Positions 1 to 13,941 are shown, numbered from the stretch's first letter. The stretch is DNA of 64,000 nucleotides from Magallana gigas (GCF_963853765.1 NC_088855.1:28210001-28274000), one strand, 5' to 3'. The notes: a model not told the origin generated them from the sequence alone. Made by a program: numbers and translations.

Positions 1-40
1 CGGACGGACAGACGGACGACAGACAAAATGTGATCAGAAT

Positions 41-76
<36 letters not shown>
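1..76 (+). mobile_element. 3' end of a non-autonomous Helentron/HINE-like element
   Basis: GGAC/GACA microsatellite-like tract, then hairpin AGCTCACTTGAGC-TTTCA-GCTCAGGTGAGCT (41-71) and an A-run; same architecture as 6700-6964. Confidence 0.7.
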
Positions 77-1372
77 TGAAATTTAAGAAGTGTCGATACT
101 GAAATGTAGCCATAGAGCTTGAAAACAGGGTATTGTCAGTTATTCATTAAAAAATTAGTACCGCTTATTGTTAATTGGTGTTCTGTTTATAAGCTCCTGA
201 CTTTATATATTTTTTCTTATAATAAAAATAATAACCACTATTTAAAAAAATACACAAAGTACCCATCGCTGCCATATTGAATTTATTGAGTACAGTAAAG
301 TCGGTCTGGATTTTTTCCTTTAACGTTAACTGAGCTGTAATTTGTTTGGTGCTCATCTACTACCGATTCAACTAAAAAGTCACATGACCTCATTCATTAA
401 AAAAAAATCTCTCTATAGTCTGATTCTGGTTCTTTACAATCTGTTAAAGAAAGGGCAGAAGTATACAATTTGGAATATCCCTTTTTGATTGGTGCATTTT
501 TTGTTCTTCTAATTGAAATCCCTTAAACCAAAACATAGAACAGAACCACAGGCACCTAACGTTATAGCAATGCTGTTGAAACAATTGCAGAATTCGGTTT
601 TCAGATGTCAGCATTTCTGAACAAAAAGATGAAACAGCATACCACTTCGAAGTTTTTGCTCGGCATGATTTTTTTTTACGTGTCACATGTCTTGAGTAAC
701 ACAGAGTAAATGATTCTTGTCCTCAAACAAATCGTGCTTACACTAAGGTATAGTTAGGGTTGATTGCTTTCAGTTCAGTACATACTTTTCATAAATGTCT
801 TCAATTTGATGAGCAAGCGTGCATTAAAGGAAGAAAATCGGAGGTAAAATACAAAATGCACAATCATGTTTAAAAATTTTAAAAAGGTGTTTATACAAAC
901 CGATAACTTAAAAAACTATTAATCATACCAACAGGTGGAAACAAACCAGGATACAAAAAACCCTTCAAAAGTGTGGTAAGTAACAGCGCGGTGAAACCGA
1001 CTGAGCTATTCAAACCTTACAGGTGATGCACAAAATTATTTATACGAGATATAAACCACTATAATACAAATTAGTTTTAAAATTCTTTGTAGGTTTATTG
1101 CATTTCGACCTCAGGGCAGGGGTGCCCCTAAAAATTCCTATCTTTATTTATTCCTTTGGTTAAACCTATAAAAAAAATATCTTAGTTTATTTTTTAACGG
1201 CAGGCCTGCCCTGATGGACTTCTAGGCCAAACTTCATGCAGAAATAGACCGTTTTACTGTTAAAAAAATTGTGTTTTAGCTAACTTTGAAGGTAAATTTA
1301 AAAATTACAAGCGCAATATGCTAGGTTCTAAATGCAAATTCGAAAAATTTAGAAATTCGTACAGTATATAAA

Positions 1373-2550
1373 CAGTGCCTGTTTGGCAGGGTAACAGTTG
1401 AAATTGACACCCTGAGGAAACCATTGTCAACCGACGCGAGAGTTGTCAATTTCAAATGCTATCCTCCCAAACAGGCACTATTTATTTTATTATACTACAT
1501 ATCTAAATTTTTGAGAATTTTTTACTGCTTTTATACAGAAATGACGTGAATTTTACGGCGAAACATACACACATAATTTTGGCGCATGTAACAATTCGTT
1601 TTGTTATACTTTCATGTTAAATACTGAAATCTGATTGGTTAAGACACAGTTCATAATCCGTTCTATTACCCTCAGCGTTAGCAACACATTTAGCAACGGG
1701 TAACATTAAAAATTGTTACATGCGCGAAAATTATGCGCGTACGGTTCGCTGTAGAATTCACGTTATTCCTATATAAAAGCAGTAAAATTATCTTAAAAAT
1801 TAAGACATTCAGTATAACAAAATAAATAGTGCCTGTTTGGGAGGATAACAGTATATAAATAGTGCCTGTTGAGGAGGGTAACAGTTGAAATTGACACCCC
1901 GAGAAAACCATTGTTAACCGACGCGAAGCGGAGGTTGACAATGGTTTTCGAGGGGTGTCAATTTCAACTGTTATCCTCCCAAACAGGCACTATTTATTTT
2001 GTTATACTGAATGTCTTTTTTAAAAATTTTAAGAAAATTTTACTGCTTTTATATAGGAATAACGTGAATTCTACAGCGAACCGTACGCGCATAATTTTCG
2101 CGCATGTAACATTTTTTAATGTTACCCGTCGCCAAGTGCGTTGCTAACGCTGAGGGTAATAGTAAATATTATTAACTGCGTCTTAACCAATCAGATTTCA
2201 GTATTTAACATGAAAGTATAACAATAAAAATTGTTACATGCACGAAAATTATGCGCGTACGGTTCGCTGTAGAATTCGCGTTATTCCTATATAAAAGCAG
2301 TAAAATTTTCTTAAAAATTAAGACATTCAGTATAACAAAATAAATAGTGCCTGTTTGGGAGGATAACAGTTGAAATTGACACCCCTCGAAAACCATTGTC
2401 AACCTCCGCTTCGCGTCGGTTGACAATGGTTTTCTCGGGGTGTCGATTTCAACTGTTACCCTCCCAAACAGGCACTATTTATATAGTGCTACCTGTTGCT
2501 AAGTATGTTGCCAAACCAAATCAGATTTCAGTATTTAACATGAAAGTATA
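1373..2550. repeat. Array of nested inverted repeats built from a ~135-bp palindromic core plus arms (non-autonomous DNA element cluster)
   Basis: Core AGTGCCTGTTTGGGAGG..GAAAACCATTGTCAACC-loop-GGTTGACAATGGTTTTC..CCTCCCAAACAGGCACT at ~1860-1992 and ~2345-2478, internally deleted at ~1373-1480; arms alternate in orientation. Confidence 0.85.
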
Positions 2551-3786
2551 ATAGAAAATGTCAAATGAACTTTGATTTTTACAAGTGATATTTTCCGGGA
2601 AATCGATCTCCCCTATAGGTCAATTCTTTTGTTATATATAAGTGATGCTTTTTGCGTCGTGGTGAAATCTTTTCTGTTTAATGACATTCACTGGTAGTAT
2701 AAATACTGCATCTTTCTGCATTCCAGATGTCGTTAAAACTAAAATCAATAAAACAAATTTCAGCTATAGACACCCATTATTTTTTCGCATTGTACTTTAA
2801 ATTACCAAACAATTTGTCATAATGATTCGTAACAATACAGTTATAAGAATCTAATATTTTACAGCAGTATTTTATGAATGCACAATTTCTGTAGAGTATT
2901 CTTTATTCTTGAGTACTATGTCCCAAGTTTCTGTTTTTTGCTTAATATATCGATAATCATGAATATTCTTGGAGGCCCATGAGTCGTTACCATAATAACA
3001 TGTGCCACATTAGGTGCTTGGTTACACTTAATTGTATCGCTAAATTAATAATATCATACATATAAAGAACTTCTATTACTTCGTATGATTTTACATTACA
3101 CTCATTATTTTTTTTACCATCAACCTCGGACTAAATCTCGTGCGACACGTGAGGAAAATAAAAGGAAAACCAATCAGGACCAATGAATTTAGGGCCTCCG
3201 ACGACACCTTTGTGCCCAAACTACGTTCATCCATTAGAATAAAACAAAAGTCCAGATTTTCTTTATTTAAATGCCTCAGGTTTGAATACACAATAAAAAA
3301 AAAGAAAGAAAGTGTGCGGTAATTTTGCTTTCATGATTGTTAAAGACAAGAAAACGCCCGGATGATAGAGTTCAAAAATTTGTGTTTTGTTCATGTTAAT
3401 TTCTTTGTGTAAAAACAGACGAAGTGTCAATGAAGAAATCTTGGATTTTTCCCCTTGTGTTGATTTCAACTGTTCTTCTTTGACAAGCATGTGTATCCTC
3501 GTTAAACTTCGTCAAAAAGAGACGGAATCAGTGGGACAGACTATAGCACATAACAACATGAGTTAAAGGAAAAAGATAAATAAATGCATATTTAGTGTAA
3601 CCATGTGCATAAAAAGTTACAAATAAGCAAACATATCTGCCGTAATCATAAATTTGCTTAATACATAAATGTGTACATTAAAGTTAATTTACGATATAAG
3701 ATTTACATTTCTATTAAAACAAATTATTTCTAAACATACCACACAATAGCATTTTGAAGAACGTTAACATACATGTACCTACCTTA

Positions 3787-4742
3787 TCTAATTAGGTCTC
3801 CGCTCTGCAGGCGCCCTTTAGTATTGAGTCTGTCCGTCCGAAATCGTTTGTCCAGAGCATATCTTCTCTCCTTTTGGTCCAATCAGGTTCATACTTCACC
3901 CAACAGAGTGCCTTTTTGTAAAGGGTATGCAGTGACCTTGAACCGTGTTTCTAGGGTTAAGGTTAAGGTATGGTAGAATTGTATACAAAATTCTTGTCTG
4001 GGGCATATCTTCTCTTCCCTTGGTCCAACATGGCTCATTCTTCATTAACAGAGTGTCTGAGGTCAAAGAATGTGCAGCGACCTTGAATAAAGGTTGTAGG
4101 TTAAGGGTCACCGTCATATCAGACCATTGCTCAGAGCATATATACTTTCCATTTAGCCCTATTTGACTCATAATTCAAATAAACAGAACTATCGAATAAA
4201 GGATGTTTAGTGAATTTTGAATCATTTTTTTAAAGATAGATATGAAGGACATAGCAGAATTGTATGAAAAATCCTTGTCCGGAACATATCTTCACTCCCT
4301 TTGCTCACGTCTGACTCATACTTCACCACATGGCGCCTTTGATCAAAGGGTATGCAGTGACCTAGAATGATGTTCGTATGTCAAGTGTCAAGGTTATATC
4401 GGATCACAAAAAAATCCTTTTTAAGAGCATGTAAATACTCTCCACTTAGCCCTCTTTGGCTAATTCTTTACTTATAAAACAGAGCTTTTTTGTTGATGGC
4501 GTACAGTGACCTTGAACCAATTCAATGTGCAGGTCATAGCGGATCTCTTTGTAATCAGTTTAAGACTAGACTATTTCCAATTGCCTTAATCTTGCTCATA
4601 TTAAACAAATATACCTGTATGTAAGGGGTAATGATATTGAATCAGAAGTTCTATGCCAGCTGGAAAAATTTTTCAGTTTTCATCCCATTGTCCATTATTT
4701 AAGCGGGGTTAAGATGCTCACCATCTCAATGTTGTCTAGTAG
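3787..4742. mobile_element. HINE-like non-autonomous element with internal ~130-150-bp degenerate tandem units
   Basis: GTCCGTCC tract near 3833; recurring GCATATCTTC..CAGTGACCTTGAAC units near 3853, 3998, 4128, 4277 and 4423. Boundaries approximate. Confidence 0.6.
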
Positions 4743-5071
4743 TTTCTTACTTCTTAAACAACGCAATCGAACAATTTTGAAAGAGAGGGTCTTGACCTGT
4801 AATACTTTTAATTTAAAATGTTTACAGTGAAATTTCTGTATTTTGAACTAGTAAAATTCATCTTTTATCTTATTAAGAGAACACAAACTACAAAATTTTT
4901 AATGCGATGTGCACTTTCAATTCGACTAGTACTATATATATTGACCTTCTTTAGTTATCAGTCTATTCATACAGACTTACAACACAATCTGTTCCTTGTT
5001 TACAAATTAATGTCTAAGGTTTACTACCTTAAAAGTTTAATATTTATCAATTTAAACTTAACTATAACAGT

Positions 5072-5831
5072 GTAGAAATCACTTTCCAACGCGGTCACTC
5101 TACGGACTTGAAATTGACCAATCAGGTAACTCATTTTAAAAAGGTTAACGCCCAATTTCGGGAAAATTTCTTTGATGCCTGACACTGTTAGCTAAGCCCA
5201 AAAGGTGTTACAACAGTTACTCGCATTTCCGCAAAGAAGACATGTAACAAAGACAGGATTAACTTGAAGCCGAAACAAAATAAATAAGTTTATCTACGTG
5301 GAATTTCGAAGTGTCAAGCTAATGCGCCAAAGAATTTATTTCCAAAGAAACCGAAAAACGAAATGTTTACATTACTACCTAACAGCCTGTCAAAAATTCT
5401 TTGATGTAAAATGACATTCTATATGTTACATAAGATGTGCGAGTAAACCTTGGGAGTGAAAATTAGTCTAAATAAGATTTATGTAAGAATACCGTTTTAA
5501 GTTGAAAGAATGTATGGGATATTTCATCGCACTAAACGAAATAAATTAATTAAAATACATGTAATTTCAATTATTAAATTTTGATACGTAATTATAGGTC
5601 ATAATTCCACGTAGATAAACTTATTTATTTTGTTTCGGCTTCAAGTTAATCCTGTCTTTGTTACAGGTCTTCTTTGCGGAAATGCGAGTAATTGTTGGCT
5701 GAGCTACATGTGTAACAGTGTCAGGCATCAAAGAAATTTTGCCGAAATTCGGCGTTAACCTTTTTAAAATGAGTTACCTGATTGGTCAATTTCAAGTCCA
5801 TAGAGTGACTGTGTTGGTAAGTGATTTTTAC
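5072..5831. mobile_element. Foldback/MITE element with ~250-bp terminal inverted repeats
   Basis: 5072-~5325 (GTAGAAATCACTTTCCAAC..TATCTACGTGGAATT) is the near reverse complement of ~5603-5831. Confidence 0.8.
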
Positions 5832-5835
5832 GGAA

Positions 5836-6614
5836 TCACTTTCCAACTTGCGGCTCGTCGAAATAAACATCTTTTAATTAATTTCTACGGATTTTGATTT
5901 TGATTCCTCAGGTTAGCTTGAAATTACAGTTTTATTCTTTTTATTATTTAAGCTAAATTTCATTTAAGGTTTTTATTACTTATTTTTGAATTAAGGATAT
6001 TTTTGAAATAGTTTTTTAATACCTTAATCCAATTTTAAAATTAGATAGTTTTTAAATTTCTTTCATTACTTCAATGTTAAATTGTTATTCGTTAAAAAAA
6101 ATGTCCGCCTTAATTAAATAACTTTGTAATCTTTTAAATCTACACTTAAAATTATGCTTATTGCGTATTAATTTCTATTCTAAAATTTATTCCTTAAAGA
6201 TTTAACTTTTCGTCTATTTAAACTTTACCGCGCCTTGCTAAATAGAACTCTTCTGCGCGAGGAGATAAATAAGTTAGCATAAACAAAAACGAAAATAGAA
6301 ACTTTTTCCGCTAAATTTACAAGACAAGTTTAAGTCATTATTTAATCATATTTTTCGATACTTTATTATTAATCGACAATATTCAAACTTAGGGATCATG
6401 TTTTAGGTAAGCGCTATGCTCGATATTGTTTTGATTTCTTTTTAAGTCTACTTTTTTTTAATTGTGTTACGGTACTTTTGTTATCTCTTTGATTTTTATA
6501 ACATGGTATTATTATTTGTGTATTTCATTCATTATCTTGGTCACTTTCCAACTTGCGGCTCGTCGAAATAAACATCTTTTAATTAATTTCTACGGATTTT
6601 GATTTTGATTCCTC
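5836..6614. repeat. Perfect 74-bp direct repeat (5836-5909, 6541-6614) flanking 631 bp of very AT-rich DNA
   Basis: Both copies read TCACTTTCCAACTTGCGGCTCGTCGAAATAAAC..GATTTTGATTCCTC with no mismatch seen. Confidence 0.9.
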
Positions 6615-6699
6615 GATCAGGTGCTGTGGAAGCAAGTTCATTGCAAATAGACACAGGTTAATCCTTGAGCTAATTTCCCCAAACAAAACATCACGACGG

Positions 6700-6843
6700 T
6701 GAAAACCAGAGTGTGATAAATGCATATTAATTTGAATTTTTAAATCAAAGTTGTCATATCCAAAGTATCTTTCCGATGATTTAGAAACTTGAATCCCCTT
6801 TACCCAGGGATGCCTTGTGCCAAGTTTGTTTGAAATCGGCCCG

Positions 6844-6886
<43 letters not shown>

Positions 6887-6932
6887 GCGACAACGGCGAC
6901 AGACTACGGACAAATCTTGTTCAGAAAGGCCT

Positions 6933-6964
<32 letters not shown>
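6700..6964 (+). mobile_element. 3' part of HINE-like element
   Basis: GAATCCCCTTTACCCAGGGATG..GGAGAAGAAGATGAAAATGTGAAAAGTTTACGAC, a GACA-type tract and terminal hairpin CTTGAGC-CTTCG-GCTCAG at 6935-6951. Left boundary approximate. Confidence 0.7.
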
Positions 6965-8396
6965 TAAAGCTTCAATACTATGGAGGGTTCTAAACTATTA
7001 GAACTTATTTGAATGGTCGGTTTCAAAAATTTACACGCTTTTCAGTTTCATCTTACCGTGTTGAGTAAAAAAAACAATATATCGTTGCAAAACATCTGAT
7101 ATAAAAGATTAAGCTTGAATTTCAAAGCTTATTTTGCAATTGGCTGACCTAATTAAACATATGTTCCGTTAAAAAAAAACAATCAAGCCCCTTTTTGTAA
7201 TTTTATATAGCAGTGAATACAACTGCTATATATAATTGCAAAACGGGCTTGGTTGGATTTTTTTATCATCACAATTACCTTTGGTATATGCTGAGATACC
7301 TGAAATCAGCTGTTGCTTCCATGATCATTAATTTTTTTTCCAATATGTAGGTCTCGGCCTCCAGGAACAGTCATTAGTTTTAGCAGCCTACTTTTGATCT
7401 GTGCCTCAATTTTACACATCAAAAGGAATATCTTGCATTTATAATCTTTAAATGGAAAATATCCGTTTTTGATAGTGCATTTATCCACTCGTACTAATAA
7501 ATCATTTATTTCTGAATCATGTTTGATCTGCAAACTAAGTTTGAAGTCTCCCGGAAATCTTACTGTGTAAAAAGAAAGAAGATCCCGAATTTTTTGTTTC
7601 CTAAAAAAAAAAAGAATAATAAAAGTTTCTATTCTATTAAAAATAATTTAATGTCAAGCTTAAGATAAAAGCAAATCAATTGCATGCACTGAATAAAGTA
7701 AATACATGTATAAAAAAATTTCTCAAGAACGATTCAAATCATTATCTTCCCTGAGTATCCGAGATGACTTCACATTCACAAATGTCTTTCTTCAGCAGCA
7801 CTGAGCAGCAATTTATACATGTACAAATATTCTTCCATATAAAACTTTGCCACTTTTTGTCGTAGATTCTTAATCCATATATTTAGCTACGCTGAACTTT
7901 AAACCTGGTACATTACCGTACACAGAATACATGAAATTTAACGGTTATTTTATATGAACGGCTATGCTTGACGTATACACATTATACATGTATACTGTCA
8001 CACTGCACGTTGCAGTTAATCTGCGTGGATTTATTATGCTACATATGCTACACATTCGATTATTTATATTACTGGCTATGCTGCACTAGTTTCTGACGGA
8101 GAAGTGGTTCTGTATACCTAGGTATTATATATATGCTACACTTTGTGGTTAATACGAGTATCTTTTAACCCTTACTTCGGCACATAATTGACGAAACACA
8201 TGCATACATTTGTATGTTATACATGTACAGGATATGCATATCACTATGAAGTAGCACTTGAGCGCAGGAAATTCCATTACTATTTCTCCATTGTGTTTCC
8301 GTTTATGATTTGCTATGCTGCAATTGATCCTTGCTGCCAAATCATCAATTCGTGCCTCATGCTGCTATGCTACATGATGTCAGTATTCTGGTGACG

Positions 8397-10641
8397 TCAC
8401 GTTGAACTAGAGAGTAGTTCGCACAGTTTGACGCCGGTGCTGTCACACACGACGAATCTGTTGTTGTACTTCTGTAGACAGATGGCCCTCGGCTCCTTGA
8501 TTCCGTCGTCCTTGTTCAGCAGGATTCGGTTCAGCTGCCCGTCCGGAGTCAGCTGGTGGACATTGTTGGAGATGAAGCTGGTGACGTAGATATTATTTTC
8601 GTAGTCCACGGAGATCCCCACCGGTCCCTTCATCATAGGGTGAGTGAAGGTAAAAACTTCGATACCATCTCGACCAAAGCACTACAAGAAATTTAAATTT
8701 AGGAAATGTTCAGCCTTGAAATTTAATGCCAATTCTTTCACATTTTTACAAAATTTTGGCACAGTTTAAACTTTTAAAGAATAAAGAATCTCTCTCTCTC
8801 TCACTCTTTCTCTCTCTCTCCCCCCTACCTGTATAGAGTTATGGTTCCAGTCGGAGAACATTAGCCTCCCTTTGTCGGTACACACCTGCCGGATACAGGC
8901 GTTAGGGACCCTGATCACGTGTACCGACTCCCCCTTCAGGTTCAGTATCTTCACTTCTGTCACACACGCCACGTAAAACTTCTCCTCGCCGTACGCCACG
9001 CCGTAGATTTTGGAATGAATCGTGATTTCTTTGACTAAAATAAGAGAAAACTAAAGTACTACACAATGATCGTGTTTATTAAAGCAATATTTTTCTTTTA
9101 GTGTGCATGTAAACTGTGTGTTCTTGTCTGTTCATTTTTTTCTTCAGGATTTCATTTTTTTAATGCTTTTGATTTATTAGATAGAGGATATTTGCTTTAA
9201 AATAAATTCATAATTTAATGAACCTGCAATTATGAACCACTTATCTCTCGCGAAGCGACATAAGGAACTACTTTATTAATAAGTCATATTGCTCATCTGT
9301 GTTTGACCACACTAAAAGACCACACTAAGTATTTTTCTCTGTAATGTAACTGTAGTACAGGAATTCGCGGTCTTCCGGTATTTGAAATTACCTGTCTTCA
9401 TGTGAATGGTATCAACGATAGCTATAGTGGACACGTAGGACATGTTCCACGGCTTGTTGGAGGGGAGGGACACTCCCACTGTGAAGGGATTGACCAGACA
9501 CACGTCCCACGGCTTCCCCGCTAATGGCAATTCCGCGGTTAAGGTTCCGTTTGGGTCGTACTGAAAATAGAAAGGAAGAGCAATGAGCGTGCACATAATA
9601 ATTCTACTGACGTCCTTGTCGATATTTCGTACAAAAAAAAACCATGTACACCAGATTAACAACATGATATTCATGAAAAGAGGGATTTATAAATTATATA
9701 TATTTTTTACGGAAAAATAATGCCCAAAATAGAGTAAATATCTGAAAATTTGAGGGGGGTGTTTTTGAGGATGGAGTTAAAAGGTCATGCGTTTAAATAC
9801 TGGCCACATGCTACTTATCGGTAAGCTATGTTGTCTATATGCTGTAATGGGTTTCTACCTGTTGTAATGAATTCTTCAGACGATTTCCAATCATTAAAAG
9901 TCCGTTATAGAGATAAGTGCACCCTCCGATATCAGAACTCGGGTCCTCACATATAGAGAAGGAATTTGTCACCGACGCAGTACAGTCTTCCAAACTTTGG
10001 TCAAACTGGGGACTTTGGATGTCGCGTACACCGGAATCATCGAAGGAGTTCGCATAACAGTGCAATCGAACGCTCCCGAAATGCTTAATAAGGGATTTCA
10101 AGTTGTCTATTTTCTCGTTGATTTGGAATTCGTATTCATAGCACTTGTTGGCTGTGTCCAATCTGTGCTGAAGTATCTTTTCGTAGAACGTTTGTATGGC
10201 ACTAAGATCCGAATCTCGTCTCTGAGACCAGAATTTGATCACGTTTTCAAGTCTTCGCTGATATTCCTGTATTGCACTTTGGCGGGCTTCTAACTCTGCG
10301 ATGCGATATTGACACTCCTTAGCAGCCTCCTTATGAATTTCGTCTAAGTTTCTCCGAAGCTTGGCTTCAAGGGTATCCAAGTGTTTGTTAATATCCTGTC
10401 GAACTGCATCCACTTCTGAGTGAATTGAGCGCTTGTTCATTTCCAAGGTTTCAAAATGTTCCCTGCTTTCCTTCAGCATCGCCATTATTTGATGTCTTTC
10501 ACGTTTGAAGTATTTGATTATTTCCATCACAGCTATTCGGTCATTTTGGTTAATGTCTGTTTCGCGGCTTTCGTGTTGTTTACTCGGCGGTTTTTGCCCA
10601 GAAGGTACGGGGCCGCCGTTTTGCTTTTTCTTCCCAGACAT
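8397..10641 (-). CDS. Coiled-coil + NHL-repeat beta-propeller protein (TRIM2/3/71-like, no RING/B-box seen); exons 10641-9859, 9560-9392, 9034-8829, 8681-8397
   Basis: Four GT-AG exons join in phase. N-terminal helical region, then NHL-like blades (KPWDVCLV, IYGVAYGEEKFYVA, LMFSDWNHNSIQCF, GPVGISVDYENNIYVTSFISNNVHQLTPDG, EPRAIC). Confidence 0.8.
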
Positions 10642-11338
10642 CTCTTATCTGAATTGATTTTGAACAAGTATGAAAGTTATTATATATATATATATAAATT
10701 TTAGATTTAAGGAGTAACAACTTTATAATAAACAATGGAAGCTTAGCCTACACAGAAAGAAATTCTCAATGATATTGAATATTAATCTAATGAATTGAAG
10801 GCGGATTTAATGCAAATATTAACAATCATCTGTTTAACTTGAAACGTAATCCAAATCCCTATTCTCTACTTACAGGACCCCTTCCTGGGAATTACTCCTC
10901 CGCTCTTGGGGAAAATATGTGGAATTGTTTTTTGTATATAGATTAATACATATTAATCGGACTTAGTGTGATTTTTGAGTGCAGTTTAGTTTATTCGCGC
11001 AAGTTCCGTGTGTACGTGTAAGCTATTGCTAGACGAGGTTGAGCAGTTCCATAGAGCTCGCTCTTTATTGTATGAAGAATAATTCAATGATTTTACGAAA
11101 AATACACAACTTGGTTCTTAAAAAAATAAATAAACTATTTTAATTTTTATTTCTAATTCACTGGCTTCAGAAATTCAAAAAATGAAAGTTTATACAAAAT
11201 CAATATATCTTTGCACTAGCAATTAGTTTGCTCAAATATATATTCCCCAGTGTAATAAATAGACAATGAAACGGTTTATAAGCATTAATGAGTAGTATAT
11301 ACAAAATGCGTTTGAGAGAGAACCAACGACTGGTGTAC

Positions 11339-11341
<3 letters not shown>

Positions 11342-11372
<31 letters not shown>
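11342..11372. repeat. (GA)n microsatellite; similar tracts at ~8790-8820, ~48848-48898 and ~60900-60942
   Basis: Direct reading. Confidence 0.95.
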
Positions 11373-11378
<6 letters not shown>

Positions 11379-13233
11379 TGTGTGTGTATGTCTATGCGGT
11401 GAGCGAAAACTATTTACACCGGCCAACAATTGAAAGATCACACTCGATGATAAAAGGTCGAAGCCAGTCACTATTCGTTGTTGATACAAACTACAAATTA
11501 GCCAGTGAATCACCGACAGTATTTAAATAGGATTTTAACTTTTCGGTGTTCAAACGCAGGTGGACGTAAAAGGTTTGAAGATCCAACCACAACCTTTCGG
11601 GACAAAGTTTATTGTGAGATTCTATGAGAATGAAAATCGAAAAAACCTCAAATAGAAAAACTCATTTCAAAATATGTGGGATTGAAAGATCAACGCCGAA
11701 ATAGGATTTGTGAATTTTTAAATTGACAGATCATGAAACACAAAAAGTGTGTTGTAAAAACACTTTACAAAGAAAATACAAATGGTCTGTTAGTGGTATT
11801 TACTTTAGTTTTTGTGTTTATTGAAAGCGATACATTTTTTTCTGACAAGGTTCCTCAGTCAATTAGGGGTAATTTCGTGTTAAATGAATTGCATAGGGAA
11901 ATTCTTCTATTTTACAGATGAGGTTTTTAAAATTATGTTGTAAGTGGTTATGAGAAGGCGTGTGGAATAAATACCAGGCCCGAAAACCCACTACTGCAAA
12001 AAATAGGAGCATATTAAAATGACATACGTTTATTCTTTTGTTGCATTTTAACTTTATCAAACCTTGCCTAAACACAAGGGTTGTCTGAATTACTCGAATT
12101 GTTCTTGGCCTTTTTGTTCCATTGTAAACCTATGACAAAAAACGCCCTAATCAATAAAATCTTACATATCCGTATACTTACCTATACAGTGGGTGACAAG
12201 TTTCAGTAACCCTATCCGATTAAATCGTTAATTTTTCAGTTAATCTATCGATTATTTTCTTCGTTAAACGCGAGTAAATCCATGGAGCATTGTACTAATA
12301 GCACAGGAATGTTTGCTTTTAATTAACAATAAAATACAGTGATAACCTATTAATTATTACACGCACTTCATTATAAAAGACGTCCATGGAGAAATAAAAC
12401 AAAAAAGCAATATCATATTACTGCGTGTTTATTGCCCGACAGACAATATAATGATCATATAAATACACCGTATATTACCAACACGCGCATAGCATTATCC
12501 TGTATATCATATAAAAAATAACGAACACTTTGATGCATTCTTTCACAAAAAGATTTTTTTTTTCGAAATCTAGGATAAATAGATGAGGACGTGAACATGT
12601 AACTTACCGGTATTTGGGCAACATCGGGAGTTCCCTTCCAATATTTAAAGCGTGGCCCTGTGAAAATGGACAAGTTGACGAGTCGCCAAGTGCTGTCGAC
12701 CATGGAAATAGTTCCGTACCGACTAGGCATGCGACCAGCGCGAACCCTTTGTATACAAATACTTAAAGCACTCTGTAAGGGGCCAGGCATATCAAAGAGG
12801 AAGCGCAATCACAAATAACAATATTTGGGAAAACAATGTATATGCTATGTCAAGACCGATATTAACCCCCCCAAAAAAGTGTGAGTAATTTAATTCATCT
12901 CCAGTAATTAGGATAATATTATCACTTAATAAGCAATCAGAGGGGTGGGGCAGATATTGCGAACGGGGGGGGGGGGGGGGGGAGTGATGTGTAAAAAATT
13001 GAGTCGGTTGTAAGGGAACAGTCCTAGTGGGGATCTAAAGGACAAATGCACTGGAAGCTCCCGAATTTTAAAGAAGATGTTAAAACTAAACCTTAATAAA
13101 AAGGCTCGATACTGGCCGGCCGGTATTCTCGTTACCAAAATAATCATAATACGTAATTATCACGATATCTTTATTGAATAACTTTTATTTTCGATATATC
13201 TGCATTTCATAATACTAAGAGAAAATGTCATTT

Positions 13234-13941
13234 CAGGGGCGGATCCAGGATTGGAAGTTCGAGGGTGCGCCAGTCTTGGGGCCGCCTTGCGGCCCCCAGT
13301 GGGTCCAGGGCAAAGCCTTGGTGGGGATCCAGGAGGCAAAGACCTCGGAAGCTCCCAAGTTCTAGATATTTTGTAGGGTAGAAATGAAGTCTTCAAAGTT
13401 AGACTTTCGTTATATTTCTTCTCGTGATAATACTTAAATAAAATAACAAAATTTTAAAGGCTTGTAGATTTAAGACCTGCAGTAATCCCATTAAAAGACT
13501 CTGCCAATCAGAAATTTTTAGAAATATTTCCTTTAATTTTTTTTCTTCAGAATTGCTGTAGATTTATCAGTTCAGTGGGACGATTTAAATGGAAGTTTAA
13601 TTTTAAAAAAAAATAACTATGGCACTTTGTATTATAATAAACACGGAAGAGTCGTTTAAAAAACACTAGCTAGAATAATTACTCTAATGTGGTTGATTGG
13701 TCAGGTTACAACCCTCGGGGAGCGTGATTTAAATGGGTATTCTATATGTTATGTACATCATTAAACCCACGAGTTTTCTTTATGCTGCACCGTTGAAATC
13801 AGTCTAATGTAGAAAAATCCCACGAGTTTCCAAAATGGTGACAATTAAGACTCACAAGTTGTTAATTTTCCTTGCCAGAAGGAGTATATTATAACTTTTG
13901 ACAAATCTATATGGGTGCACCCCCCTTTAAATCCGCCACTG
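13234..13941. mobile_element. MITE with CAG(G/T)GGCGGAT termini
   Basis: Starts CAGGGGCGGATCC and ends ATCCGCCACTG; CATTT lies on both flanks (13229-13233, 13942-13946), a possible 5-bp TSD. Confidence 0.6.

Noticed and set aside
1690-2426. Three similar ORFs (1690..1941, 1869..2147, 2205..2426) as a small gene family
   Set aside because: They are translations of the same inverted-repeat unit, with no splice or domain support.
3140-3490. Short ORFs next to CCAAT and CACGTG motifs
   Set aside because: No recognisable domain or exon chain.
5910-6540. Mitochondrial insertion (NUMT)
   Set aside because: AT-rich, but I could not recognise any mitochondrial gene or rRNA motif.
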